A stretch of DNA of 64,000 nt, from the NCBI GenBank assembly GCA_013265495.1, contig MU058836.1, positions 868,001 to 932,000 on the forward strand. The letters are read 5' to 3'. The notes beneath the pieces were generated by a model. That model did no database searches and was not told where the DNA came from. It was given only the letters and a program-made list of their open reading frames with translations. This document shows, one piece after another, positions 12,490-24,800 of the stretch. This DNA is from Vicugna vicugna. Its lineage: Eukaryota. The position numbers and the translations under genes are program-made. Each line of letters opens with the position of its first letter. The stretch's first letter is position 1.

Positions 12490-12675
12490 GCTTTTACAGC
12501 TCTTAGCCCATCACTCCCCAGGGAGGCAGGCAGTCTTGCTGTTATTTGTGCCCATTGTAGATCAGAAAACTGAGCCCCAGGGAGTACACAGAGCTAGTAA
12601 GTGGTACTGTCAGGACTGGAGTCCAGTTTGCCCAAGATAAATCTGAGTTTAATCTATACTTTTTCCAGTACACCA
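12490..12675 (-). mobile_element. MIR SINE
   Basis: CCCATTGTAGATCAGAAAACTGAG...ACAGAGCTAGTAAGTGG. Confidence 0.7.
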
Positions 12676-13699
12676 TGCCTTTCTTTTATTTTCTAAAAAA
12701 ATAAATATGAAACATTCAGCAGCCCTAAAATTGTTTATTTACTGCAGCACTCCCCCCACCCCACCCAGTGTGCCTTACAGATTTCCAGGCAGCATCTGAG
12801 CATCTGGCAAATGGTAGGCTCTCTCCCCATGGCAGCTGGAAACCAGCGAGTGAAACATTTACCAGGTTATTGACATAATGGTTCTGGGTGTTTGTGTAGG
12901 TATTAGGCAGTTATAGATTGCTTTTTAACACTCTGTTTTAAAATGAAAATAAATGTGACAATAAGCCCCAAATGGCCCTAATAGAATGTCAAGAGTAATC
13001 AATACTTGCATATGATAAGTTATAGTCTTGGGAGGGAACTCAGCTGGGGGGAACCTAGTCTTTCTGCCTGAACTGGGGCTGGGGGCTTGCAGGAAGGGAA
13101 GGAGCTCGGGAGGCCCTTGAGAAGAACTGGAGGGCGGAGTGAGAGCAGGGATTGGGGACAGCTAGAGAGTCAGTAGGTGGAAAGATCACTAACGCCGGAT
13201 GGATGACCTCATTCATGCCAGTCACTGACCCCTGGCTGGTGATTCCCAGAGCAACAGCATGTCCCTGTCAGGGGCACTTGTAAACGAGGTCGGTCGCCTT
13301 CTAAGAGGAGAACAATAAACTAGCAAAGCAGAGATGGGACCAGAGATATGCAAATCAAGAAAGAGATAAAACAGCTGACCAGGGCAAGACTGGCTGGAAT
13401 TTTAACATATCTAAAGAAGGATTGTGTCAATCTAAAAGGGACCAGGTCATTCCCGGAATCTTGGAAATGGGGAATTGCAGAGGCTCATGGGTCTCAACAC
13501 CAGACTTGGAGCCTTTCTCTACTAGGACATGTGGAGATGGATGTTTCAAGATGTGTTAGTTCAAACCTTTGAAAATTTCAGGTCATGCATCTGAATCTGG
13601 GGCCCTCCAGGATTCTACTGTGCCTTCCCACAGGCAAGTGTGCCTACAGGCAGAAGACCTGCTGGTCATGCTCTGGGAGCCGCTGAGGCCAGGAACTTG

Positions 13700-14260
13700 A
13701 GGGAGCATCTGGGGGCTGAGGATGGAGTGTTAGGGAAGATGATGGAATGAGGAATGGCTGCGAGCGGGAAGGAGGTTGGGCACTCAGACTAACAACTAGG
13801 TTTGGGCAACCGAAGATCCTGGGGACCCTGGTAAAAACTATTTTGGTGGCAGAATGAACCTGTGCCAGCTTGCTGGCTGTGCAGGACTGCAGGGGAAGAG
13901 TTGAGCCAGCTGTAGTGAGAGCTAAGGCAACAAACAGCTGGAGGGGAATTGGGATGAAGAGCGAGAGACATTCACATGATCAAATGTGGAGGGAAAGAGC
14001 TGGTGGAAAGCGGCCCATTACGGGCACTGCAGGGAGAGGATGCAATGGACAGAGGAGCAGCCTCAGGTGAAAGAAGAGAGGCAGGACCAGAGAGGGGGCT
14101 GAAGAACACCAAGAAGGCAGGACCAATTTCTTTGTTGATGAAGAGGGAGCCAGCTTGGGTGGGTGCGGCTGTTAATTTGAAGAAGGGATGGAGGTTGCAA
14201 CGGACTAGGGAGAGAAACGGGGAGGTGGGCATCCTCAGCAGGGGTGGACGAAAAGTCTTC
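13700..14260 (-). mobile_element. L2 internal fragment
   Basis: purine-rich tract with TTTGGGCAACCGAAGATCCTGGGGACCCTGGTAAAAACTATTTTGGTGG, similar to antisense L2 body. Confidence 0.5.
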
Positions 14261-15254
14261 CTGAGTGATGCCTCCGATCCACCACAACCCACACCCCCCC
14301 GGCCCGCTTCCCCATCTGTGAAGGCCAGTCAGCGGAGGGAGCACCACCTCTGCCCTCAGTGATGCAACCATGAGTAAGAGTCACCAAACCCTGTCTCTGA
14401 TGTAAAAATGAAAGTGATATCAGAGCTGGAGGCATCGTGAAATCAAGACACATCTTCCTTTCCCTGTGTATCATCCAGCCCTGGGCCTTTATTTTCCCCG
14501 AGGGGGCCACTCCCTGCGGGTCCAAGGCTCCTCCTCAGCTCGTGGGCTGGGACCTCACATCTGCACACACATTTAGGGGGGAAAGGGAAGCAGGGGGAGA
14601 GAATGAAGCTCTGAGGCCAAGCAGTGAGGAGCCAGAAAAGATCGCATGTCTTAGTGGGTTTTTCTTGAAGCAAACCCTTTAGGACTAAATGAATGACACT
14701 GGGCCAGCCAGTCTCCTTACAGAAGGAATCTTCGCTTTGCTTAATAAATGCCAACAAGCCTCCTCTAAATACCAAGCTTCCACGTGCATTTAAATTAAGG
14801 TTTTAACGTCCGCAAAGACAATTCCAGGAATACCTCCTGGGCGTGATGCGCGTGGGCCCCTGGGATGAGCTACTTCCGTCCGGTGGCAGATTAGGGTGCG
14901 CTTCTCAGGCCCAGACGTGTGCCAGAGGAAGTTTTTCTGAACTGGGATCTTCCCTTGTCTAGCAGGGAGATTGGTGCTCCCCACTCCCCAGGATTTGTTT
15001 TGCGCTCGGGTGGGAGGAGAGGGCAGATGCCCAATGGTCCTGGTCTGTGAGAAGGGATGAGCTCAGTCCAGGAACAGAGCCTACTGGTGACTGCAAGTTA
15101 GAAATAGCAGATGGAGGGCGAGGCCGCTCTAGTAAGAGTGAGCTGTACATGTTACCTAGACTGGACTGTGGCGTCCATGGCAACGAGTGAGAAACAGTAT
15201 ATGATGCGGGCTTGTGACCGTCCCTCCAGGGCCAGCGGTGCGGTGGGGAGGGAA

Positions 15255-15420
15255 GGGCCAGGAGGCCAGGATCCCGGTTCCACCTCTTCTCACCGTGTGA
15301 CTCGGGGCCATTGTCGCTTTCTGAGCCTCAGTTTCCTCATCTGAGGATGGTCATGGTAATACCCACATCCTGGGGCTGCCCTGAGGATCGGGGAGGTGGT
15401 GTAATTTGAAGTCTTGTGTA
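15255..15420 (+). mobile_element. MIR SINE
   Basis: TGTGACTCGGGGC...CTGAGCCTCAGTTTCCTCATCTG. Confidence 0.8.
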
Positions 15421-15499
15421 AATTGAGGTACGTGTTACAAACATTAATTCCCATGAGCAGAGGCTACAGATAGGGATACACTTGAAGGACTGGGGTGTG

Positions 15500-15830
15500 A
15501 ACCATGTTTGTTTACTCTGCCCACTGTGTGCAAGGCCCCATGTGAGGCACTTGGGAGACAAAAAACGGTAAGGTGTACACCTCGGACCTGAGAAATGTCC
15601 AGCTGCGGGGACACAGTGACTTCACTGGGGTGTGGGGAGTGCTGGGAGAGCGAGAGGAAGAAGGGATATGCTGGTTTGGCGGCAGGATCCTGTGGGACAG
15701 AGCTGACCTTTGAGAGAGCGAATTGTAGGCTGAGGAGGGAAGAAAGGCTTTCAAGGCAGAGGGAACAGCGTAGAGGCATGGAACAGCAGACTTTCCGGAG
15801 AACTTGCCAGAAAATCTATAGGTGTGGCCT
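15500..15830 (-). mobile_element. L2 fragment
   Basis: TTTACTCTGCCCACTGTGTGCAAGGC...AAGGCTTTCAAGGCAGAGGGAACAGCGTAGAGGCATGG. Confidence 0.65.
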
Positions 15831-16124
15831 GGACTCACCGAAGTGTGAGGGAAGCTGTGAGTCCCCTCTGTCCCTTTTCTCTCTTTTCAAGGCCTCCCTG
15901 GGGTGGTGATTAAGAGGAGATAAGGAGACCCAGGAGCCTGGGAAGGATGGGAGGGGGTCCATGTGGGCAACAGATCCCAAACTCAATTGCTTATGAAGGA
16001 CAGGAGGGTGGGCTCAGCTGCACGAGCTGCAGAAAAAAGCTTTAGTGGACAGAAATGTAGCTAACTGGTTAACATAGTCTCATCAAAAAAATAGCCCTTT
16101 TGCTTGAACCCAAACACAGCTGCA

Positions 16125-16305
16125 GCGGAGGGCCTAGCTCAGTGGTAGAGTGCCTGCTGGGCATGCACGAGGTCCTGGGTTCAATCCCCCGGTACCTCCA
16201 TGAAAATAAATAAATAAATACCTGATTATCCAGTCAAATTAAACAAATAAATGAACAAACGAACTTAATTACCTCCCCCAACCTAAAAAAAAAGATAAAA
16301 AAAAT
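16125..16305 (+). mobile_element. camelid tRNA-Ala-derived SINE (Vic-1 type) with duplicated tail module
   Basis: A box TAGCTCAGTGG, B box GGTTCAATCCC, tail AAATAAATAAAT...TAATTACCTCCCCC; CAAACAC flanks both sides. Confidence 0.95.
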
Positions 16306-17539
16306 CAAACACTGGCTTTGTAAGTGAAGTCCCTTCCTTCTTTCTATCCCCGTGAGCTCAGCTCAGCCCACGTCAGCCAGTGCGAGGCCCAACTCCCGTT
16401 GTTCATCTCTGTTCTGAAATTCCTGACCTCTGTGTACCTAACCCCCCTACTTCTACCCCAAACATCTGTGGGGTTACACATTAGGGTTACGCGGCCATGG
16501 TTATTTTTCACGGTTTAAACGCCGTCTCGTTAGCTCTGATGCACCGGGCAGAGGGCGTCAGGAGGTCACAGTTTTGCGGTGGAAGAGGACTGGCTTCTGC
16601 CATCCTCTTGGGGCCATCCAGACACCGTCACCATCGTTTGATCCTGTGTGCTGGGCTCCTCATCGGGAAGGCAGAAATGTTAGGACCTACCTCATAGGCT
16701 TTTAGAGTTACGTGACAATGGATATGAAGAATCACTTGGTACCCTGGAATGGAGGAGGAATTTATGATTGAATGAAGACTTCTGTGCTTTATGTAACACA
16801 AATATTCATACATATAAAAATGATCATATTACATATTGCACATATATGTATATGTGTGTGTATATGTATCTCCCCCTCTATGTGATTCCTCCTCTTTCTC
16901 TTCTGCAGTTCCAGATGGAAGAAACTGTCTAAAAATTCAGCAAGGTAGGAAAAAAGTCATATTTAAGTTTCCTTTCAGAATCTCATGTCCTGAATACATG
17001 GCCAAGTTACAGAGGTGGTATCAAATATTCAAAGCTATCGGATGAAGGACAGCACGGTGATGAAGAATGTGGACTGTAGCATCAGACCAGAGTCCAAACC
17101 CCACAACATCCTAGCTCTGCTTTGCTGCTCTGGGCCTCGGCTTCTGAATCAGTGAATGGGTACAATAATACAGGTTTTGGGGATTACTAATGTGCTGTTT
17201 TGCACAGGGCTTTGTATGGGGCCAGTGCTTGTAGGCCTGCAAAGCACACAGACTCCTAGTGCTCATTTTCATCATCAGCAGCTTTTTGAAAGATTTTTAT
17301 TGTTTTTCAGATTTTCTGTTAACTGAGGTTTCTTTGATGACCTTGAAGGTTGTTTGTTCATGCCTTCATTTATTCAACAAATATTTACCGAGTTCCCATT
17401 ATATGTCAGGTACCGCATTAAGGTCTGGAATGAGAGAGTGTTTGTTGGAGATCATATCTCTAATGTGAGTAAACATTATAGCCCTTTGTCAAATTTCAGG
17501 TGCTAAAAAACAGCAATTAATTTTGAATCTTCTATTTAA

Positions 17540-18140
17540 TTCAGAAGGCAGATGTTATTACCTTTAAGAAAAGGGCTAGGTACTCTTGTGTCTTCTTTTA
17601 AGTATCACTAGATTATTATGCTCTGCTTAATTTTTTTCCAAACAAGATCTGAGGCAGCAGAAAATAGAACTGTCAAAATAAGGAAGACAGATCAACAGCT
17701 GTGAAATGTAGTAGGGAAGTTAGTTGACCCAGATCCATAGTGTAAGAGTACCTATTGTAATAATACATACAACTTAGATCTGAGCTTCCTAGCAGTCATG
17801 GGGAAAATGGAAAAGGATGAATTAAGGGTCCTATTGGACAATAAATAAATCAACAGCTCAACAGTAGTCACTTTCTTTCCCTTCAGTGGTATACTCTGCG
17901 AGGTTATGAGATAAAACTTTAGGAAACATTGAAATGAAAAGTACCCCCCACCCAATAGAACTGTTACCAAAGAAATAGGAAGGTACTTTGTGTGGCTGTC
18001 TCCTACACCAAGAAATGACAGGTGCGAATGCATTTAGATGATGAATTAAAGCATCAAAGTCTAGCTATGGGGCTTTCTGGTGTTCTGTGTGATGTAGGAA
18101 CAGCTTGAAGAGACTCCAGGGAAATGAACTGTTTGCATTG
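17540..18140 (+). mobile_element. probable CR1/L3 LINE ORF2 (RT C-terminal region) fossil
   Basis: frame from 17768 reads YNLDLSFLAVMGKMEKDELRVLLDNK*...GILCEV...RYFVWLSPTPRND..., colinear with CR1 motifs EKDLGVLVDxKL, ILGCI and EYCVQFWSP; many stops. Confidence 0.55.
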
Positions 18141-18924
18141 TCTTAGATTGCTTCCTTTCAAGTATCAATTGTCTCAGCTGACTTCTCTTTCACTTTAACT
18201 TTAAATAAGTCTTGTACTAAAAAAAAAAAAAAGAAAAAACACCAAAACAAAAGACAAAAGAAAAACTCCCCTTTCAGCGCAGGCCACCATGGAAAGCAGA
18301 CTCTTGCTGATGCTTCATCTTTGGCTCCAATGGAAATCCAGCCCCACCCTAGTAATCCTGGGCCAAGCACGTTGGTCTGGTCTCCAGGGAGCTCTCTCCA
18401 GCCCTCAGGAAGCCCTAGAAAGCATGGTCTTGACAAGCCACTGAACACCCTCTACGTGGGCAAGGAGAAGTCGTGGGGTCGGGGCTAACGCGAAGCCCGG
18501 GTTTCCAAGCAGCAGTGCAATGTGGGACTCAGCTCCCTCTACGTCCATCTCTTTCTTCATTGTTGTCCCGTCATAGGAACCACAGAAATGTTTTTGTCAG
18601 CTCCTGTAAGCCTCAAGGTCGGGTTTCTATATCTCGACCTAACCTGGATGGGCTTCCATTAAGTTAAGATGTGTCAGTCATTCAGCAGACACAGGGCTGG
18701 CATCATCCTCAGGGATTCACCTGGAACGGCAGATTCAGATTTACTAAGGCCTTTGTGCTCGTGGTTACTTGTCCACAAGCAGACCTTATGTTTGCTAGTG
18801 AGATTCCTCATGTTCTTTCAGTACCAAGCTCCACAGTCCTTATCTTATCAATTCGACTTCTGCCCTTTCTCACTACATTAAGGCTGGGTCCCTAAATTCT
18901 TGTTGATCAAATTCATGCAAGTCA

Positions 18925-19050
18925 TTTCATTCATCCAGCTATCCATTCATGAAGCTACTCATCCAATTCACCCTCCATCCACCTGCTCATCTAGCCTCAG
19001 TTCATTCCTCCATCCATCCACCCGCTCATCCAACCATCCATCCACTTAGT
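18925..19050. repeat. degenerate (CCAT)n low-complexity repeat
   Basis: repeated CATC/CCAT units, with TCCATCCACCYGCTCATC occurring twice. Confidence 0.7.
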
Positions 19051-19145
19051 TTTCATCAGATTCAAATCCCTAGTTCCACAAGGTTCATATGATATTTGTA
19101 TTATTATCCCATGGAGAAAGAATATACTCACCATATACTAGCTGT

Positions 19146-19402
19146 TATTTTATTTTATTTTATTTTATTTTTTAGTTTTTTAAAATTGAAGTATAGTTGA
19201 TTTACAATGTTGTGTCAGTTTCTAGTGTATAGCATAGTGATTCAGCTATACATATGTATATATATATTTTATATTCTTTTCATTATAGGTTATTATATGC
19301 TATTGACTATAGTTTCCTGTGCTATACAGTAGGACCTTGTTTATCTATTTTATATTTGGTAGTTTGTATCTGCTCATCCAAAACTCCTAATTTATCCCTC
19401 CT
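19146..19402 (-). mobile_element. artiodactyl-type L1 3' end
   Basis: (TTTTA)n then TTGAAGTATAGTTGATTTACAATGTTGTG...CTGTGCTATACAGTAGGACCTTG...AACTCCTAATTTATCCCTCC. Confidence 0.92.
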
Positions 19403-19424
19403 CACATTTTACTATTATTATTAA

Positions 19425-19810
19425 CCAATTGAATCATTAATTCCAAAAAATTGGAGGCTTTCTCGGTGCCTGGTACATGCTGGTTATTAACAAGAATACA
19501 GTAATTGCCTGAATTGAGTCATGAAGCTTGAGTAAGCATTTTCCAGGTGAAGAAAGCGGAGTGAGGAGTGGGGAAAAGGCTTTTAGGCAGAGGGAGGAGC
19601 TAGTGCAAAGTCCTGCAGGTGAGAGAGGAAGTGCGCTTAGGGGGATCTGTAGGGGGCTCCCAGCATCTGGGCAGCAGGGAGGCCCAGAGCCTCCAGCAGC
19701 CAAGACTGGGGAGATAAGTGAGGGCCAGGTGATGAATGGTCTTGGGTGTCATGCTAAGACAGCTAGAGCCGTTGAAGGGATTTCAGATTTGCAGTTGCAT
19801 CTGAACTTGA
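19425..19810 (-). mobile_element. L2 fragment
   Basis: AGGCAGAGGGAGGAGCTAGTGCAAAGTCCTG...GGCCAGGTGATGAATGGTCTTGGGTGTCATGCTAAG. Confidence 0.65.
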
Positions 19811-20734
19811 CAGTTTTGTCTAAAACCAGAAGCAGCTGCCCCCTCCAGACTCCCTGAATTCAGTCAGTAGACAACCTCAGAGCCACAGCTTGGAGACCTG
19901 GCCTGGGAGCAGTCTCCTGACCCCGGGGCCACTGCTCTCTGCCCACCACCCGACACGGCCACCCCTTTGCCTCTGACTCATTCTCCCTCTCCCTGTATCT
20001 AATCTTTCTCATCCGTTGGTTTCTAATACAAGTCTGGAAACCTAGTCAATAAATGTTTGTCGAATGAATCACTAATTCCTATTGAAAGTATGTGTGTGTG
20101 TATGTGTAAGGCCTCTTGAGTTTCTTTCTCCATCCCAGGCCCGCTTTCAATGGCCTTGGTAGGAAGGGACTGGATTAATGATTCAAAAATCAGGCTGAGG
20201 TCCTGGTTCGCTCACTGACTAGCCGTGATTCCTGGCCGTACTCTTGGGCCTGTGTTGCCACATCTCTGAGATGGAGTTGGTAGCTCAGACTTACCTGATG
20301 CTTAGACGGTGGTGTGAACTGTGAGGCAGTCCATAGCTATGAAAGGACTTTGCTAACAGGAGAGTACTGGGCGTTCGCAGGGTAACGTCCCTGCTTCTCC
20401 CTGGTTTAGGCTGTCATCATATGGCCTCTAGGTGATGGGGCTCCTCCTTGTCTACTGCGTTGGGCATGGTCCTACCAGGACAGGGTACACTTGGCGGGTA
20501 TTTAAAAAAAAGGACCATTACAAAGGGCTAGGTGGAGTTTCGGGAAACCCACAGCATTAGGGCAGTCCTTCGGGTCTAATTTATATGTGATCACTTCAAA
20601 CGAAGAAGCCTTAAGGAAATGTCAGAGGGAGAATTCTGTGCTGAACCCAAGGCAGCTCCCTTTGTATTCCCATTAGCCCTCAGGAAGGCGGTTAGATCCC
20701 ATTCAGTTTGGCCTCTGCTGATGCGTGGTGCTTG

Positions 20735-21088
20735 GGTATGCACGTGGATATTTGCTGCATCTAGAAATCAAAGATAGTTTCCCATCAAATGATAATTGTT
20801 GCAGATTTCCCAAATACCACTTAGAATCATCATTACTTAGAAATTAGATTCACGGTAGATCTTATATTTAATGCGTTAATAAAGAAGCCTATACCGTTAT
20901 ATTACAAATTTGCTTTTTAATATTTTGATAATGGGGCCTTTGCACAATTGCTGTTCTTTGCAATTGTACGCAATTTATCGTATGCATGTAAACACATAAT
21001 TTTGAGAAGGTATCCAGAGACCGTGGTGCTCCCTTGTACACCCACACCCCCCCACCCACATATTCCACAACTTCTAAAGAATCCAGCC
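20735..21088 (+). mobile_element. Charlie4a-like hAT DNA transposon fragment
   Basis: TAGATCTTATATTTAATGCGTTAATAAAGAAGC...ACAAATTTGCTTTTTAATATTTTGATAA...TGAGAAGGTATCCA. Confidence 0.75.
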
Positions 21089-21239
21089 TTAGGTTCCAGG
21101 AAATACCTTCAGGCGAAACTGCCAAAACCCAAGCCCACTGATAGCTGTTAAACTACAGATGCTCCAGGAAGAGGAGGAGGGAGCTTGGAAATAAAAAGCA
21201 GGAGACATGAAAGTGTGAGAAAATACATTTGGAGGGTGT

Positions 21240-21400
21240 GGGAAAGTTTTGGGGTTAAACTCTGCTCTGCCATGGGCTTGCTCTGTGACTTTGGATAAAT
21301 TCTCTCACCTCTGAGCCTCAGTGTCCCCACCTGTGAAATGGTGATAACAGTTCCTACCTGGTGGGGTCATAATGATGATAAAAAAGAAGCATACGGGTGA
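21240..21400 (+). mobile_element. MIR SINE
   Basis: TGTGACTTTGGATAAATT...ACCTCTGAGCCTCAGTGTCCCCACCTGTGAAATGG. Confidence 0.85.
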
Positions 21401-21949
21401 CTTGCCTTCCACCAAGCTTAACATACACAATAGTCGCGCAGCCATGACCAGACCATGAAAACTGAGGGAGGTCGGGGAGCAAGCTTTGTGTGCTTCCGGG
21501 AGAAGGAGGGGTGGTGAGCAGCCTGGAAAGTGGGCCTTCTCCTGCCCTCGTGCACGGGCAGCCTGGGGACGGTCCCCACGAGGCTGATGGGGCGCTGACC
21601 ACCAGGAATCCTCAGGGCTGGCATTCAGGGTCTGAAGGACTGAGGAAAGCTTGCTCCCGGGTGCCAAGTTCTTCAAAGGACCCCGGTGCCCCGAGGTGGT
21701 CAGACTTCGTGGGGCATGAGGTTGAATCAGCCGGCCTCTTCCGCACTTCAGGGAAAACAGACTGCTCCTGGGGCTGCAGTGGTCGGGCCTGGAATTCCAA
21801 AGCTGTGAGGACACCTTGTCCTCAACTCACCTGGGTCTGCCTGTGGCCGATGGCCGCACTCCCCAGGCGGTAGGCTCTGGCCGGGTTCTCATGAGGGCTG
21901 AGTGCCGATGAGGGTACGCGCTGGAGCTAGACCTGCTTTTCTGGGTGGT

Positions 21950-22098
21950 CAAGGCAGGACCAGCTTGGGGTGCAGCCGGAGAGGCAGCGGGGGGCAGGGT
22001 TTTAAGGCCCTCTCTCTCTCAGGCCCTGACCTTGAAAATGAGGGCCTCCTTCAATTTTACACCAAGTGCCTCTCTTACCTCACCCTAGTAGGGCCCTG
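21950..22098. mobile_element. MER96-like palindromic hAT MITE
   Basis: GCCTCCTTCAATTTTACACC...CCTCACCCTAGTAGGGCCCTG matches the MER96 arm; left arm degenerate. Confidence 0.6.
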
Positions 22099-22139
22099 GG
22101 TCTAGGAGCGTGAGATTAGCTTCAGAGCCCTCCAGGCAA

Positions 22140-22280
22140 GCTGTTTCCAGATTTAGTTTCATGCTCAAGCCACCTGAAAATCTTGTTAAAATGCAAAATT
22201 CCTTCCCCATCAGAACCTCTACGGGTGGGGTCTTGGAATCTGTATGTATCAATATCCCTTCAGGTCACCATCTTGGGGCT
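22140..22280. mobile_element. MER5-family hAT MITE (degenerate)
   Basis: CACCTGAAAATCTTGTTAAAATGCAAAATTCC...GGGTGGGGTCTTGGAATCTGTAT. Confidence 0.55.
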
Positions 22281-22469
22281 AACCCCAGGCTGACCCGGGG
22301 ATGGCCCTCGGGATGTGCTGAGCTTACAAAGTACTTACCCTCCTCCCCACAGCTCTTGCCCCGCCGCATACAAAGCTTATTTGATTTCCACAATGTCCCC
22401 GTGAGACAGGGCATCTTCCAAAAAGAAAAATCACAGCAGCGATTCTGTGGTGGAGTCAGAAGTAGCACT

Positions 22470-22505
22470 TTTCATTCATTCGTTCATTCATTCATTCATT
22501 CATTC
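22470..22505. repeat. (TTCA)n repeat, probably an L2 tail
   Basis: direct reading. Confidence 0.8.
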
Positions 22506-23021
22506 CTTTGTTTTGTTTTGTTTTGGAGCCAACGTTTAATGTACTTGTTGCTTTGCTGTTGGACAGCAGCATCGTTCATTCGTTTTCATTTAGCAAGCAT
22601 GGATTAAACGTGGACTGAGGCTCCCACAGGAAACTGCTACCTAGAAGGGCACACACACACACATATGCACATAGGTGACTTAGGAGGGCTGTGGAGGTCA
22701 GAAGAAGGGGCAGTGGGGAGTGTCTTGGGAGAAGGAGTCCCAGAAGGTTTCCTGGAAGAGGCCTTGAGCTGGGTTTTGGAGGCTGAGTGTGATTTTACCA
22801 TTCCTGGAAAGGCATCCTTGCAGGGGGAACTGCATGCACAAAGTTGTGCTTTGTGGGGCTTGAGAGAGCCTAGAACTCAGAAAGGGTTGTACATGGCGGG
22901 TTAATGAACTGAGAAGAGTCTGGGTGGGTAGGCTGGGATGAGATTGCTGAGTTTGGATGGTTTCCTTCAGGCCACTGAGAGTGTCTGGGCAGAAGAATGA
23001 CATCAGCCCTGTGGTTGAGCC

Positions 23022-23186
23022 CAGTGCTTCTCAGATGTACTGTGTGTGTGAATCACCTGGGCTCCTTGTTAAAATGCAGATTCTGCCTCCACAGGTCTGG
23101 GGCGGGGGCCTGTCATTCTGCATTTCTAACAAGTTCCAGGGATGGATGTGCTGCTGCTGCTGGTCCCTGGAACACACTTGAAGTAG
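23022..23186. mobile_element. MER5-family hAT MITE
   Basis: CAGTGCTTCTCA...GAATCACCTGGG...TTGTTAAAATGCAGATTC...TGCATTTCTAACAAGTTCC...GCTGCTGGTCC. Confidence 0.88.
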
Positions 23187-24289
23187 AAACAATTTAGGGA
23201 GCTATCCTGCAAATCGGTGTGGACCGACGCAGGGAGAGACTGGAGGCAGGACATACATCTAAGCAGACACCGGAGAGATGGAAATTGGTTGCTCAAGAAG
23301 GCTGTTGCTTCTCCCGTCAGCTTTGGGAGGAATCAGACTCCATCGGCCCTGAGTTAAGTCATCCTCTGTGATTCTCCCACCCAGAACAGGGTGGAGACAG
23401 GAGGTGTCAGAATTCAGTTTTGCCCAAGTCTTTCCACTAAGTCTCACAATGGACATCACAGCGCTCTGGGGGGATCATCGTAACGTACTGATATTCACGC
23501 CAGCACAAGATTTGAAACAGTTTTGCAAGCAGAAAATACGACTCTCTTCCATGCTGGGGCAAAATAGCACAACCAGAAGCAAGGATCCGTAGAATGGGGC
23601 CAGCTGTTTCGGTGGTTTTCTGTCACTATTTGTGAAGTCTTCGTTCTTGTCATCTGCTAGCAGAAGAGTGGTGGCAGTTGCCAGAGTTTGGAGGGAAAAA
23701 AATCATGGGAGAATTTACATTTGTGAAAACTCCATTCATTGGCTTAATTATTTCTGGGAATTCAGAAAAGACCACCATGATGCTTTAGCCGCGAAAATGC
23801 TTGGGCCGACCTTGGAGATGCTAGAATTCAGCAGGCAGCTTTTGAGAAGTCCTGTATGCAATTTTGTAGCCTAGATATTTTGCCTATATGTAAAAATTTT
23901 CAAATATTAAATAGTGCTCCAGCAACATAGGGTGAAATTAACACAGAGAATGAAAATAATTAAAACCTTAGGGCTGTGATAAATCTTGAAGTCATCACTC
24001 TGCCACACTCATCCTTGGTTGTCAATGTTTCCTATTTTTACCCCCCAGTCCTCATCATTATGCAGGCCTATTTTTTTTTCTTTTTAATTCAGCAGCAATT
24101 ACATTCAATTCTGTTTTCTGCTTTTTCTGCTTGACACTGCAACATAACTGTTTTTCCATGTTGTTACACAGGCCTCATAATCAAGTTCACAGGCTGTATA
24201 ATTCACTGGCTAGATGTATGATAGTTTATTTAAACCTTGCTATTGGCCATGTCAATCACATGATCCTATTAAAAATGGAATGAGCAACA

Positions 24290-24800
24290 GAGTTAGTGGG
24301 AGTGTGAAACGGGACAGCCCTTTTGGGAAAGCAATTTGGCAATGTGTAGCACAGGCCTGAAAAATATTCATTGCCTTAGTGCTAGTCATTCCTCTTCTGG
24401 GAATCTCTCATAAGGAAATAATCTAAAGTGCAGACATAGTTTTATGCATCAGGATGGAAACTTTATGTATAATAGAGAAAAGCTTGAAATAGCTAAATGT
24501 TCAAACATCGGGGAAGCATTATGTAAATGATTACATAGCTGCTCCATGGAATATTATACAGCCATTAAAAATGTTTATGAAGAGTTTATAAATGGAAAAT
24601 GCTTATGTGATGATTGAAATAAGCAGGATGTAAGATTATACTTATACTATGATCCCAGCTGTGTAAAATTAGTTTCCCAAGTATGCATAGAAACAAGATT
24701 GGAGGGAAATATACCAGAATATTAACTGTGGGTGGGAGGAATAAGAGTGATTTTATTTTTCTTGCAAATTCTTATGTCTCCAAAAACGTTTGTTTTAGTC
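24290..24800 (+). mobile_element. L1ME4-like 3' fragment
   Basis: GGAAAGCAATTTGGCAATGTG...ATGGAATATTATACAGCCATTAAAAATG...GGAGGGAAATATACCAGAATATTAAC. Confidence 0.8.

Noticed and set aside
16545..16557. CTCF-like CGGGCAGAGGGCG (also near 32975, 44824 and 63505)
   Set aside because: Each misses core positions or spacing; expected by chance in 64 kb of GC-rich DNA
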